Assembly: GCA_963786935.1 (NCBI GenBank)
Contig: CAWBAN010000001.1
Coordinates: 897,158-961,157, forward strand
From: an uncultured bacterium
Lineage (GTDB): Bacteria; Krumholzibacteriota; Krumholzibacteriia; Krumholzibacteriales; Krumholzibacteriaceae
Direction of reading: 5' to 3'
Length of the DNA: 64,000 bases
Part shown: in pieces, positions 1 through 10,076 of the stretch
How the letters are laid out: every line of letters begins with the position of its first letter
Position numbering within the stretch: the first letter of the stretch is position 1
Translations under genes and position numbers: made by a program
Notes under the pieces: generated by a model
What the model saw: the letters and a program-made list of their open reading frames with translations, nothing else
Told to the model about the DNA's origin: nothing
Databases searched by the model: none

Positions 1-1220
1 TTCGGAATGAGCCCCCGGTCGAGCGTCCCGCTCACGAGACAGTTGGCGCCGATCGTCACCCCCGCCGGAATCGCCGTGTGCTTCCCGATCAGCGTCACTC
101 CGAAATCGAGATAGCCGGGCTGCAGCTCGTTGGGCGTATCCCCGTTTCCGAATCCCACGGCCGCCCGCTTTCCGACGACGACTCCTTTGTCCATGATCGC
201 GTTGCGGACCCTCGCTCCCGGCTCGACCGCGCAGTCGTGGAACAGGATCGAATTCTCCACCGTCGCTCCACGCCCGACCCTGACGCCGGGGGACAAAACC
301 GACGACCGCACCTTTCCGTGTATGAGACAGCCGTTGCATACGAGCGAGTTCGAGATGCTCGCCTCCCCCGTCACGACGAACGGCGGCGCGTCGTCCGGAA
401 CCGTCAGAACCGGAGACGACCAGCTGTAGAGCTCCAAGCGCGGCCTCTCGGCGAGCAGCTCGAGACTCGCCCGATAGTAGCTCTTCAGGGTTCCGATATC
501 GAGCCAGTATCCCGGGAATCGATATGCCGAGATCGCACCCTTCGAAACGAGGTGCGTGATCACGTGCTTTCCGAAGTCGAGATCGCCATGGTACGGTTCA
601 AGTGCTTTCAGAAGTGATATTAAATATGCCTTGTCGAATAAATAGATACCCATCGACGCCATGGTGCCGGTGGTTTTTTTCGGCTTTTCCTCGAACTTCG
701 TGATCGCGCCATGCGCGTCCACCGTCGCGATGCCGAATTCACTCGTCATCCCCTTCGGCACGCTGACGACGCCGACGGAGGCCGGCTTGCCCCCCGCCTC
801 GTGGAACGCGATGAATTCGCCGTAATCCATGCGGTACACGTGGTCACCGGAAAGGATGAGCACGTTCTCGCAATCGATTTTCTCGAGCACGGGAATATTC
901 TGGAACAGCGCGTCAGCCGTTCCCCGGTACCAGTCGACCGCCTGATATCCGAGATGGGGATGGAGAATGCGCAGACCGCCCGTGGTCCTGTCCAAATCCC
1001 ATGCCTTTCCGATACCGATATGCCTGACGAGCGAGCGCGATATGTACTGCGTGAGCACGTATACCTCATCGATGCCCGATCTGATGCAGTTGGTCAGGGT
1101 GAAATCGATGATGCGGTATCTGCCGCCGAAAGGCACCGCCGGCTTCGCGCGATATCGCGTGAGGAGGCTCAATCGCTTCCCGACGCCCCCCGCCAGGATG
1201 AACGCGACGGTTCTCTTCAC
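1..1220 (-). CDS. glucose-1-phosphate adenylyltransferase family protein (GlgC paralog / GlgD-like), partial: 3' end beyond window
   Basis: Not in the ORF table because it runs off the edge. My own minus-strand translation from GTG at 1220 reads VKRTVAFILAGGVGKRLSLLTRYRAKPAVPFGGRYRIIDF...GTADALFQN...ILSGDHVYRMDY...GYWLDIGT... with a C-terminal left-handed beta-helix, and stays in frame to base 1. There is a 4-bp GTGA overlap with the upstream glgC. Confidence 0.8.
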   Translation of the reverse strand, partial: MKRTVAFILAGGVGKRLSLLTRYRAKPAVPFGGRYRIIDFTLTNCIRSGIDEVYVLTQYISRSLVRHIGIGKAWDLDRTTGGLRILHPHLGYQAVDWYRGTADALFQNIPVLEKIDCENVLILSGDHVYRMDYGEFIAFHEAGGKPASVGVVSVPKGMTSEFGIATVDAHGAITKFEEKPKKTTGTMASMGIYLFDKAYLISLLKALEPYHGDLDFGKHVITHLVSKGAISAYRFPGYWLDIGTLKSYYRASLELLAERPRLELYSWSSPVLTVPDDAPPFVVTGEASISNSLVCNGCLIHGKVRSSVLSPGVRVGRGATVENSILFHDCAVEPGARVRNAIMDKGVVVGKRAAVGFGNGDTPNELQPGYLDFGVTLIGKHTAIPAGVTIGANCLVSGTLDRGLIP

Positions 1221-2467
1221 GGCCGCCTCCCTCCCCTGACGCGATCGTGCGGCTCCACGAGCGCCCCGACGCGAACCCGAGCGCCCCGCGCGATGCACGC
1301 GCCCCTGCCGACCACCGCGATCGTTCCCGAGCCGCCGCCCTTTCGGCGCGTCCCCACCGCGTCCTCCCTCGCCCCCACTCTCCGCGCGGTCCCGCCGATG
1401 ACCGCCCCGTCGCCGACCATGACGAACTTGTCGAGAATCGCGCGCGTCACGCGCGCGCGGCTTCCGACCCGGGAGTAGGAAAACACGATGCTGTCCCGAA
1501 CGGACGCGCCCCGCTCGATCGTCACCCCGGGAAAGAGAATCGAGCCGGAAACCGAGCCCCGCACGATGCATCCGTCGGCGATGATGGAGTCGCTCACGCG
1601 CGAGCGCTCCGCGCACCGCGCCGGGGGCAGCTCGCTCCCCATCGTGTAAATCGGCCAATCGGGATCGGTGATGAGGCGGCGGTTCTTGAGGAGCTCCAGG
1701 GAGCATTGGTAATAGCTCTCGATCGAGCCGATGTCCTCCCAGTAGCCGTCGAACACGTATCCCGCGACGTCGTTCCGCTTGAGGAGCGGCATGACGATGT
1801 CGAAGACGACGTTCCATTTTCCGGGACCGAGCGCATCGAGCAAAAAATCGCGCCGGAACACGTAGATCCCGAGGGAGGCGAACCGGAAGGTGGAGGCGGC
1901 GGGCTTCTCCCGGAACGCGGTCACGTCGCCGTCCCGCGAGCGCCTCACCATGCCGAACCGGGAACGCTGGCTCGCCTGGACCTCCTTGATCGCGAGCGTG
2001 ACGGCCTTTCCCTTCTCGAAGTGGTATCGCAGGAGCGGGCGATAATCCATCACGTATATCTGGTCTCCCGACAGCACGAGGATCGTATCGGCCCTCGAAT
2101 TGCGGATGAGATCGATGTTCTGGTAGAGCGCGTCCGCGGTGCCGATGTACCAATTCGCCGCCTCGCCGCTGTGCGTCGGCAGCAGCACGGAGACGCCGCC
2201 GGTTCTCCGGTCGAGATCCCACGGCTTCCCCATGCCGATATGATCGATGAGCGACTTCGGCGAATACTGCGCGAGCACGGCAATCTCGTGAAGATCCGAA
2301 TGAACGCAGTTGCTGAGGCAGAAGTCGACGACCCGGTAGCGCCCTCCGAAGGGCACCGCGGTCTTCGCGCGATGGCGCGTGAGCACCGAAAGCTCCTCGC
2401 CGGTGCCGCCGGCGAGTATCAGGGTGAGGGTTTTCAAGAAATACCGATTCCCCTGCTTCGTTGCCAT
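1217..2467 (-). CDS. glgC: glucose-1-phosphate adenylyltransferase (ADP-glucose pyrophosphorylase)
   Basis: The 416-aa ORF has the LAGGTGEELSVLTRHRAKTAVPFGGRYRVVDF NTP-transferase motif, GTADALYQN, LVLSGDQIYVMDY, GYWEDIGS and a C-terminal LbH domain. This is a typical GlgC architecture. Confidence 0.9.
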   Translation of the reverse strand: MATKQGNRYFLKTLTLILAGGTGEELSVLTRHRAKTAVPFGGRYRVVDFCLSNCVHSDLHEIAVLAQYSPKSLIDHIGMGKPWDLDRRTGGVSVLLPTHSGEAANWYIGTADALYQNIDLIRNSRADTILVLSGDQIYVMDYRPLLRYHFEKGKAVTLAIKEVQASQRSRFGMVRRSRDGDVTAFREKPAASTFRFASLGIYVFRRDFLLDALGPGKWNVVFDIVMPLLKRNDVAGYVFDGYWEDIGSIESYYQCSLELLKNRRLITDPDWPIYTMGSELPPARCAERSRVSDSIIADGCIVRGSVSGSILFPGVTIERGASVRDSIVFSYSRVGSRARVTRAILDKFVMVGDGAVIGGTARRVGAREDAVGTRRKGGGSGTIAVVGRGACIARGARVRVGALVEPHDRVRGGRRP

Positions 2468-2486
2468 CCGCCCGCGGGACCGCCGA

Positions 2487-3542
2487 TCAATGAGCGGCGA
2501 TCAGCGATACGCGATGGGTCATGTCGAATTCATCGTGATGAAGCAGCGCGTAATCGAGCCCGAGCGACATGTGCCAGGGTCCGAAATCGCGCAGCATGAC
2601 GCCCATGCCCGCCGTCGGGCGCCCCATATCCATCCCGCCGCGCAACGCGACGATATCCCGGATGAGGATCTCGGCGCCGAGATGGAAATCCGCGCTCGCG
2701 CTGCCGATCCAGTACTGCGCCGCTCCTTGCCTGTTCTCGAACCGGAAATCCGCGTCGGCCGCGACGGCGAGCGTGCTCCCCATTCCCTCGAATCGGAACG
2801 GATACGCGATCCCGAGCTTGAGCGCGGGATAGATGAACTCGCGCTCCCCCGTGCTCCACCCGATGTACGTTCCGGTCGCGTCCTGCAGCTTCGCGCCCAC
2901 GGCGAGATCCCGCCAGAGGTCCCGCCTGAGAAATCCGACGTCGAGCCCGATGCCGAAACTGGTGACGCCGGTGATCTGATCGTTGCGGATGATCTTGACG
3001 TTCACCCCCGCCGATCCGAACGAGAACCGCTGGGCATAGGAAAAGAACGCTGCGATGTCGTTCGCGCTCTCGTACGTGATGTCGCCCGGGCCGAGATTCA
3101 ATCCTTCCGGCTGCGGGTTGCGCGGCTCGTAGATGTCATCGCCGTCCGAGTTCGTGATCATGCCCGGCTTGAGCAAGATGACCGGAATATCGGGGATTCC
3201 CATGTGGATGAGGGAGATTCCCCACCCCGATTCGCCCGGTTTGATCGGAAACGCGGCGGAGAGGAAGTTGTAGTCGATGAGATCGCCGAACTGCTCGGCG
3301 TGCATGAGCAGCGCCTCCCAGCTCCCCGAACGCTCCCGGAGAGACGGGATATCGACTATGCCGGCGGGATTCCAGAACGTGGTCGTCGCGTCGTTCGCGA
3401 CCGCGATGAAGGCCCCGCCCATTCCCATGGCCCGAGCGCCCCCGCCGAGGGCCATGAATTCTCCCGCATACTTCGCGCCGTGGGATGCGGATGGAGAGAC
3501 CAGGAGAGAGATACATGCGCCTGCTACGATGAGAAAACGCAT
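2487..3542 (-). CDS. outer-membrane beta-barrel protein, PorV/UPF0164-like
   Basis: A signal peptide (MRFLIVAGACISLLVSPSASHG) is followed by AKYAGEFMALGGGARAMGMGGAFIAVANDATTTFWNPAG, the N-terminal signature of the PorV/LptO-type barrel family. The rest shows an alternating hydrophobic beta-strand pattern. The start was chosen at the internal Met preceding the signal peptide. Confidence 0.6.
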   Translation of the reverse strand: MRFLIVAGACISLLVSPSASHGAKYAGEFMALGGGARAMGMGGAFIAVANDATTTFWNPAGIVDIPSLRERSGSWEALLMHAEQFGDLIDYNFLSAAFPIKPGESGWGISLIHMGIPDIPVILLKPGMITNSDGDDIYEPRNPQPEGLNLGPGDITYESANDIAAFFSYAQRFSFGSAGVNVKIIRNDQITGVTSFGIGLDVGFLRRDLWRDLAVGAKLQDATGTYIGWSTGEREFIYPALKLGIAYPFRFEGMGSTLAVAADADFRFENRQGAAQYWIGSASADFHLGAEILIRDIVALRGGMDMGRPTAGMGVMLRDFGPWHMSLGLDYALLHHDEFDMTHRVSLIAAH

Positions 3543-3672
3543 TGGTTCCTCCAATTTCCCAGGGGATTTATGCACACGGGCTATCGTCATACGTGCGGCC
3601 CAGGGTGGCCGGTTCGTTCTCTCCTTGAATTATAACAAGCCGGATCCGATAATTCAAATCGAATCGGAACCG

Positions 3673-5148
3673 TCAATCGAGCTTGTATTTCTTGATCCGC
3701 CGGTACAGGGTCCGCTCCGACAGCCCGAGCTGTCTCGCCGCCTTGCGCCGGTTGCCCCCGTGGGCCTCCAGCGCCTCCCGGATCGCCGCGCGCTCCATTT
3801 TCTCGAGATTCCGCGGCTTCCCCACCTCCCCCTCCCGCACTTCCACGAGCCCGCGCCACACTCCCCCCTCGGGCGGCTTCTCCCCCCTGAGGATTCTCAG
3901 GACCTCTCGGAGGTCGTTATGGAGCGACAGCAGGGAGTTGAGAATCAGCTCTCGTTCGGCCTCGTCCCTGTTCCGCGGAACGTGCACGGGCAGATCGGGA
4001 AACGTCTGCGAGGCGGTTTTCTCCGCGAGCCGCCGCTCGACGTCCGCGGCGCGGATCGTCTGATCCTTGCTCATGATCGCGAGGTTATCGACGATATTGG
4101 CGAGCTCCCGCACGTTCCCCGGCCACGGATAGCTCATGAGGAGGTCCATGCCCTCTTTCTCGATGCCCCGGATCCGGCGGTCGTGCTTGGCGTTCGCCGC
4201 GGCGATGAAATACCGCGTCAGGACCGGGATATCCTCGGCCCGCGCCCTGAGGGGAGGTATTCTGATCTGAACGACCCGGAGCCGGTAATAGAGATCCTTC
4301 CTGAATTCCCCCCGTTCGACCGCCGCGTCGAGCGGGCGGTTGGTCGCGGCGACGATCCGCACGTCGGAGTGCACGCGCTCGGAGCCCCCGACCCGCAGAA
4401 ACTCCCCCGTCTCGATGACGCGGAGCAGCCGGACCTGCATGTTGAGGGACATCTCGCCGACCTCGTCGAGAAAGAGCGTCCCGCGGTTCGCGCGCTCGAA
4501 CAGCCCCTGCCGTCTCGCCACGGCGCCCGTGAACGATCCGCGCTCGTGACCGAAGAGCTCGCTCTCGAGAACGCCCTCGGCGAGGGACCCGCAGTTAACC
4601 GCCTCGAAGAGCCGCTCGCGGCGCCTGCTCGCGAGATGGATCGCCCGGGCGGTCAGCTCCTTGCCGGAACCGCTCTCCCCCTCGATGAGCACGGGCACCT
4701 CCGTCGGGGCGACCCGCAGCACCGTCTCGAGCATCTCGTTGATTTCCGGCGACCGGCCGATGAATTTCGCCGCGCTCTTGATCCGGCGGACCGACGCCGT
4801 CTCCGCGAGCGCCTCCACCAATTCGCCCTCATGCAGCGGAAGCGGCAGGTACCGATCCACTCCGAGGGAGCGTTCGCGCAGGCAAGCGTCGGCCTGCTTC
4901 TGCGGGCCGATCACGATCACGTCAACGCCGAAGAACTTCTTCTGGAGACGGCCGAGGGAGGTGAGATAGTTCTTGAACTTTCCGGCGCCCTCGATGACGA
5001 GCACGGCGCCGCCGGCAGGCTCCTCCAGCGGCAGCAGGTCGGCGACGTCGCCGAACGAGCGAACCGGTATCCCGGCCGCCGCGGCCGCGCTCCGGAGCGC
5101 CGCTTCGATTCCCGGGCTCTGTACGAGGCTCCACAGTTCCGGATCCAT
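3673..5148 (-). CDS. sigma-54-dependent Fis-family transcriptional activator with degenerate N-terminal receiver-like domain
   Basis: It carries an AAA+ sigma-54 interaction domain (GESGSGKELTARAIH, GAFTGA-like ESELFGHERGSFTGA, and the RVVQIRIPPLRAR arginine finger) and a C-terminal Fis HTH (RKAARQLGLSERTLYRRIKK). The N-terminal ~120 aa lack the canonical receiver acidic pocket. Confidence 0.85.
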   Translation of the reverse strand: MDPELWSLVQSPGIEAALRSAAAAAGIPVRSFGDVADLLPLEEPAGGAVLVIEGAGKFKNYLTSLGRLQKKFFGVDVIVIGPQKQADACLRERSLGVDRYLPLPLHEGELVEALAETASVRRIKSAAKFIGRSPEINEMLETVLRVAPTEVPVLIEGESGSGKELTARAIHLASRRRERLFEAVNCGSLAEGVLESELFGHERGSFTGAVARRQGLFERANRGTLFLDEVGEMSLNMQVRLLRVIETGEFLRVGGSERVHSDVRIVAATNRPLDAAVERGEFRKDLYYRLRVVQIRIPPLRARAEDIPVLTRYFIAAANAKHDRRIRGIEKEGMDLLMSYPWPGNVRELANIVDNLAIMSKDQTIRAADVERRLAEKTASQTFPDLPVHVPRNRDEAERELILNSLLSLHNDLREVLRILRGEKPPEGGVWRGLVEVREGEVGKPRNLEKMERAAIREALEAHGGNRRKAARQLGLSERTLYRRIKKYKLD

Positions 5149-5163
5149 GCCGAACGCTCCGAA

Positions 5164-6523
<1,360 letters not shown>

Positions 6524-6531
<8 letters not shown>

Positions 6532-8638
6532 TCAGCGATCCTTTCACCCTGATCCCCGGGGTCGGACGCCCCGACGCGCCGAGCATTTTCCGCGGCAGTT
6601 CGATGAAGAAGCTCGTGCCCGCTCCCACGGCGCTCCGGTGGTACAAGCGCCCGCCGTGGCTCTCCGTTATCTTCCGGGAGATCGAAAGTCCCATGCCGGT
6701 GCCCTCCGGTTTCGTCGTGAAGAACGGATTGTAGAGCTTGTCGGCGACGTCGTCGGGAATGCCGCCGCCCGAGTCGCTGATCTCGATCTCGATCAACGCG
6801 GGATTCGCGCCTTCGCGCGCGATCACGTCGACCGATCCGCCCGAGTCGCACGCCTCGATCCCGTTCAGTGCGACGTTGAGGATAACCTGCTTCACCTGGT
6901 CGCCGTCCAGCATGCAGCGCTCGTCCCGCAACCGGCTTTCGAACCGGATCCGAACGCCCCGCTCGGCCGCCCGGTCCGAAACGAGCACAAGCGCCTCCTC
7001 GATGAGGCGCGCGATCGACACATCCCTCGGCCGCGGCGAGACGGGACGGGCGAAGTTGAGGAGATTCTTGATGATGTCGTCGAGCCGCGCGATTTCCTCG
7101 AGAATGACCGTCACGTATTTCCGGCGATCCTCGTCTTCGCCCAGCTTCTCGAGGAGCACCTGCGCCGTCGTCGCGATGCCCGTGAGCGGGTTCCTGATCT
7201 CGTGCGCGACGCCCGCGGACAGCTCCCCGAGCGATCGCAGGCGGTCCGCGCGACGCAGCTCCTCCTCCATCTCTTTCTGCGCGCTCAGATCCTCGAAGAT
7301 GACGACGACCGCGTTGCCGTGATGATCGTCGAGCTTCACGGAGCGCGCGCTCAGCCGGACCGTCACCGGATCCCCCTCCGTCCGGACGAGGGCGCATTCG
7401 AGCGAGGACGGCTCGCCGGCGCGCGAGACCAGATGAGCGAACAACCCGCCGCTCCCGAACGGATTCGAAAAGAGCGAGTCGAACTCGACGCCGATTCCCG
7501 CCCCCGCCCCGATGAGCTCTCGCGCGCGGCCGTTCAGGTAGGTTACCGATCCCCCGTGATCCGCCGTGAGCACGCCGCTCGTGATGTTCTCGAGAATCGT
7601 CTCGTTGAAGTCCTTGAGATTCCGCAGCCGGCTGATCGTTGACGCGTTCGCGACTTCTTCGGTCAGGATCGTCTGGATCGTATTGATAAAATGGTAATCG
7701 CTGATGTACGAGCGCCGCGAACGGTACGATTTCCTGATCAGCAGAAAACCGAGCCAGCGCCCCTTGTACAGGAGCGGCACGGTCGTGTGCTCCCACGGCG
7801 CCGTCATCTCGAGACACGTCCGCAGGCGCTCCCCCGCGGGGCGTTCGAGGTTGAACATTTCGGACGGGAGCGTGTCGTCGCGCTGCGCGTCGGACAGTCG
7901 AAGCACGGCATCCTCGAGGAAACCGCTTTCGAGCTGGTAGGCCGTCCGAACCTTCAACGCCCGCTCGTTGTTGCTGAACAGAAGGAGCGCCGCCCCCTCC
8001 GCCTCGAGGTATTTGCAGAGGGCCATGAGAAACCGGTCGAGCGCGTCGCCCCAGTTCTCGTTCGAGCTGATGTCGCGCCCCATCTGGTACAGTACGCGGA
8101 GCCGCGTGACGTGCCGATTCAACGACTCGTTCGCGCGCGTCAGCTCCGCGTTGATGGCGAGAAGCTTCTCCTCGAGCGCCTTCGCGCCGGCCTCGAGCGT
8201 CCGGTTCGCGCGGGACAGATCCTCGATGACGACGTCGTTCTCGGCGCGCGAGCGCGCCTGATCGACGGCGGCGTCGACGATCTCGCCGACCTTGAGAAGA
8301 TCGAACGGTTTCACGATGTAGTCGAAGGCGTTCAGCCGGAGCGCCTCGATCGTGCTCTCGACCGACGCGAACGCCGTCATGATGATGCATTTGGCGCGCG
8401 GATTCGAGCGGGCGACCGGCTCGAGGAGATCGGTGCCGGCTTGATCGGGCAGCTTGAGATCGATGAGCGCGACGTCGAAACGCTCATGTTCGATGACCGC
8501 GAGCGCTTCCGTCGCGCTCGCCGCCGTCGTCACGCGGCATCCCCGCTCCGAAATGAACTGCTTGAGGATCTCCAGTATCGCCGGCTCGTCGTCAACGATG
8601 AGGACGGAAGCCGATTCGGCAAGGGTTTTGTTCCCCAT
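6524..8638 (-). CDS. hybrid sensor histidine kinase (N-terminal receiver, GAF/PAS, HisKA, HATPase_c)
   Basis: A receiver (VLIVDDEP...DLKLPDQAG...KPF) is followed by a coiled coil, GAF and PAS-like regions, an H-box (AHEIRNPLTGI), and N, G1 and G2 boxes (NLLNFA, DSGGGIP, GTGMGL). It overlaps the downstream RR gene by 8 bp. Confidence 0.9.
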
Positions 8639-8671
8639 GAACCCCCTGGAAGAGAGCGGGAGTGCCGGAAT

Positions 8672-9028
8672 TCAGGACGACAGCTTCGATCTGATGAAGG
8701 AGTCGAGTATCTTGAGCGAGCTCTCGGAAACGAGCGTGAAGAGAATGGCCACCCGGTATTGCGCGACGGGGGGCGTCTTCCGCTCCGGCTCCACGCGCAC
8801 CACCACGCCGTCGCACTTCACCGGCGACTCCCCCCCACGCGGATCGGGGATGAGAAATTCGAGTCTGATCTTCGTCAAAGGCTCGATGTAGTACGGAGAC
8901 TCGAAGTAAATGCCGCTCGTGCTGATGTTGAGGGCCCTGCCCTTCGCCTCGCCGGGGCCGCCCCTGACCGTTACCGCGAGATCCGCCTCGACCCGCTGCG
9001 CTTTCCGTCGTTCGTTGAATGCCATCAA
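8672..9028 (-). CDS. PilZ domain protein (c-di-GMP binding)
   Basis: It has the RRKAQRVEADLAV...(D/N)ISTSGIYF pattern, which matches the PilZ RxxxR and D/NxSxxG motifs. It is the first gene of the kinase operon. Confidence 0.8.
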   Translation of the reverse strand: MMAFNERRKAQRVEADLAVTVRGGPGEAKGRALNISTSGIYFESPYYIEPLTKIRLEFLIPDPRGGESPVKCDGVVVRVEPERKTPPVAQYRVAILFTLVSESSLKILDSFIRSKLSS

Positions 9029-9062
9029 CGCCGCTCGATCTCCCCTGTGCTTATGAGCATCT

Positions 9063-9159
9063 CTTAGCGTTTTTTCTTTTTGTGCCGGTCCTTGCGGAGA
9101 CGTTTTTTCCTCTTGTGCGTTGCGATCTTCTTTCTCTTTCTCTTCTTTCCGCTTGGCAT
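9063..9159 (-). pseudogene. bS22-like (AURKAIP1/COX24-type) tiny basic ribosomal protein, apparently frameshifted by 1 nt
   Basis: A strong SD (GGGAGGAA) sits 2-4 nt before ATG at 9159. Translation gives MPSGKKRKRKKIA, then the frame is lost. Removing one T from the run at about 9119-9121 restores ...IATHKRKKRLRKDRHKKKKR*, which matches the conserved ~30-aa FCB-group mini ribosomal protein. As sequenced, the ORF reads 44 aa with an unrelated tail. Confidence 0.45.
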
Positions 9160-9201
9160 CGTTCCTCCCTGTCCGCCGCGCGCCGCGCGATCAGCTCTTG
9201 A

Positions 9202-9486
9202 TTACTTGTTCACGAGCGCTTTGAGCTCGTTCGAAGCCTTGAAATAGGGAACCAGCTTCGCCGGGACTTCCACGGAGGATCCGGTCCGGGGATTGCGCGC
9301 CTTCCGCGATTTGCGGCTTTTCACCTTGAAGCTGCCGAAACCGCGCAGCTCCACCTTGTCCCCCTCGGCGAGCGCTTTGATGAGATTGTCGATGATGAGG
9401 TTCACGACGATATTCGTGTCCTTCTTGCTCAGCCCCGTGTCCTTCGAAATTTCCTCGACGAGATCTGCCTTTGTCATCTCGGTCAC
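9202..9486 (-). CDS. hup: HU family DNA-binding protein
   Basis: The 94-aa protein reads MTKADLVEEISKDTGLSKKDTNIVVNLIIDNLIKALAEGDKVELRGFGSFKVKSRKSRKARNPRTG, with the HU/IHF arm motif R-x-G-x-NP-x-T. Confidence 0.9.
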   Translation of the reverse strand: MTEMTKADLVEEISKDTGLSKKDTNIVVNLIIDNLIKALAEGDKVELRGFGSFKVKSRKSRKARNPRTGSSVEVPAKLVPYFKASNELKALVNK

Positions 9487-10076
9487 CCCGCTCCTTGTTT
9501 GAAAGTCCCCTTCTGGTGATTCCCTAAATCAATGACAACACCGTATGCGGGCACGCGTAATTTCTTACCATAGCTAGCATATCGGCGCTGCGTTGTCAAA
9601 ATTTATTTTTCGATTGCGGCGCGATATGCGGCGCGCGCCTCGCGGATTGATGAGAGTTTTATCGGGAGGAATCGAATCGAAGTGTTGCGCGCTCGAGCGC
9701 ATCTGTGATATCATAAAATAAAGTTCCCCGTTTGTACCGTGTACCCCTGTGCGTGGGTTTCTACAACACGTGAGGATGAGAAACACGTCAGGAATAAAAC
9801 ACGGGTAAACAGGGAACTTTCCGCGTGCGAACAAATGGTCTTTCAAGAGTTGTGCCACTCCACGCCCTTTTAGGGCCGTTGGCCTATCTTATTGCATATA
9901 AATGCATTATAGCCTTCTCGGAGGGCGGCGGCGCACCGGCGCAAAGGCCCCGAAAACGTCCGGCGTCTTCATTCGTGAACGACGCATTGCGTAATACATG
10001 ATTCCCGCGCGCCGGAGTTACGTTCGAGGGGGAATGAATACGAAGAATCGCGGACGGCCGCTCGCGTTCGCTTCGA

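Noticed and set aside
78-1478. Plus-strand ORFs 78..617, 130..429, 711..1478 and 967..1239.
   Set aside because: The minus strand of this whole stretch encodes a well-conserved GlgC paralog in frame to the window edge. The plus-strand ORFs have no motifs.
9574-9858. A 94-aa ORF inside the AT-richer intergenic island.
   Set aside because: It has no RBS, an odd composition and Cys-rich random-looking sequence. The region is better explained as promoter or regulatory DNA. It is kept as a finding for a possible sRNA instead.
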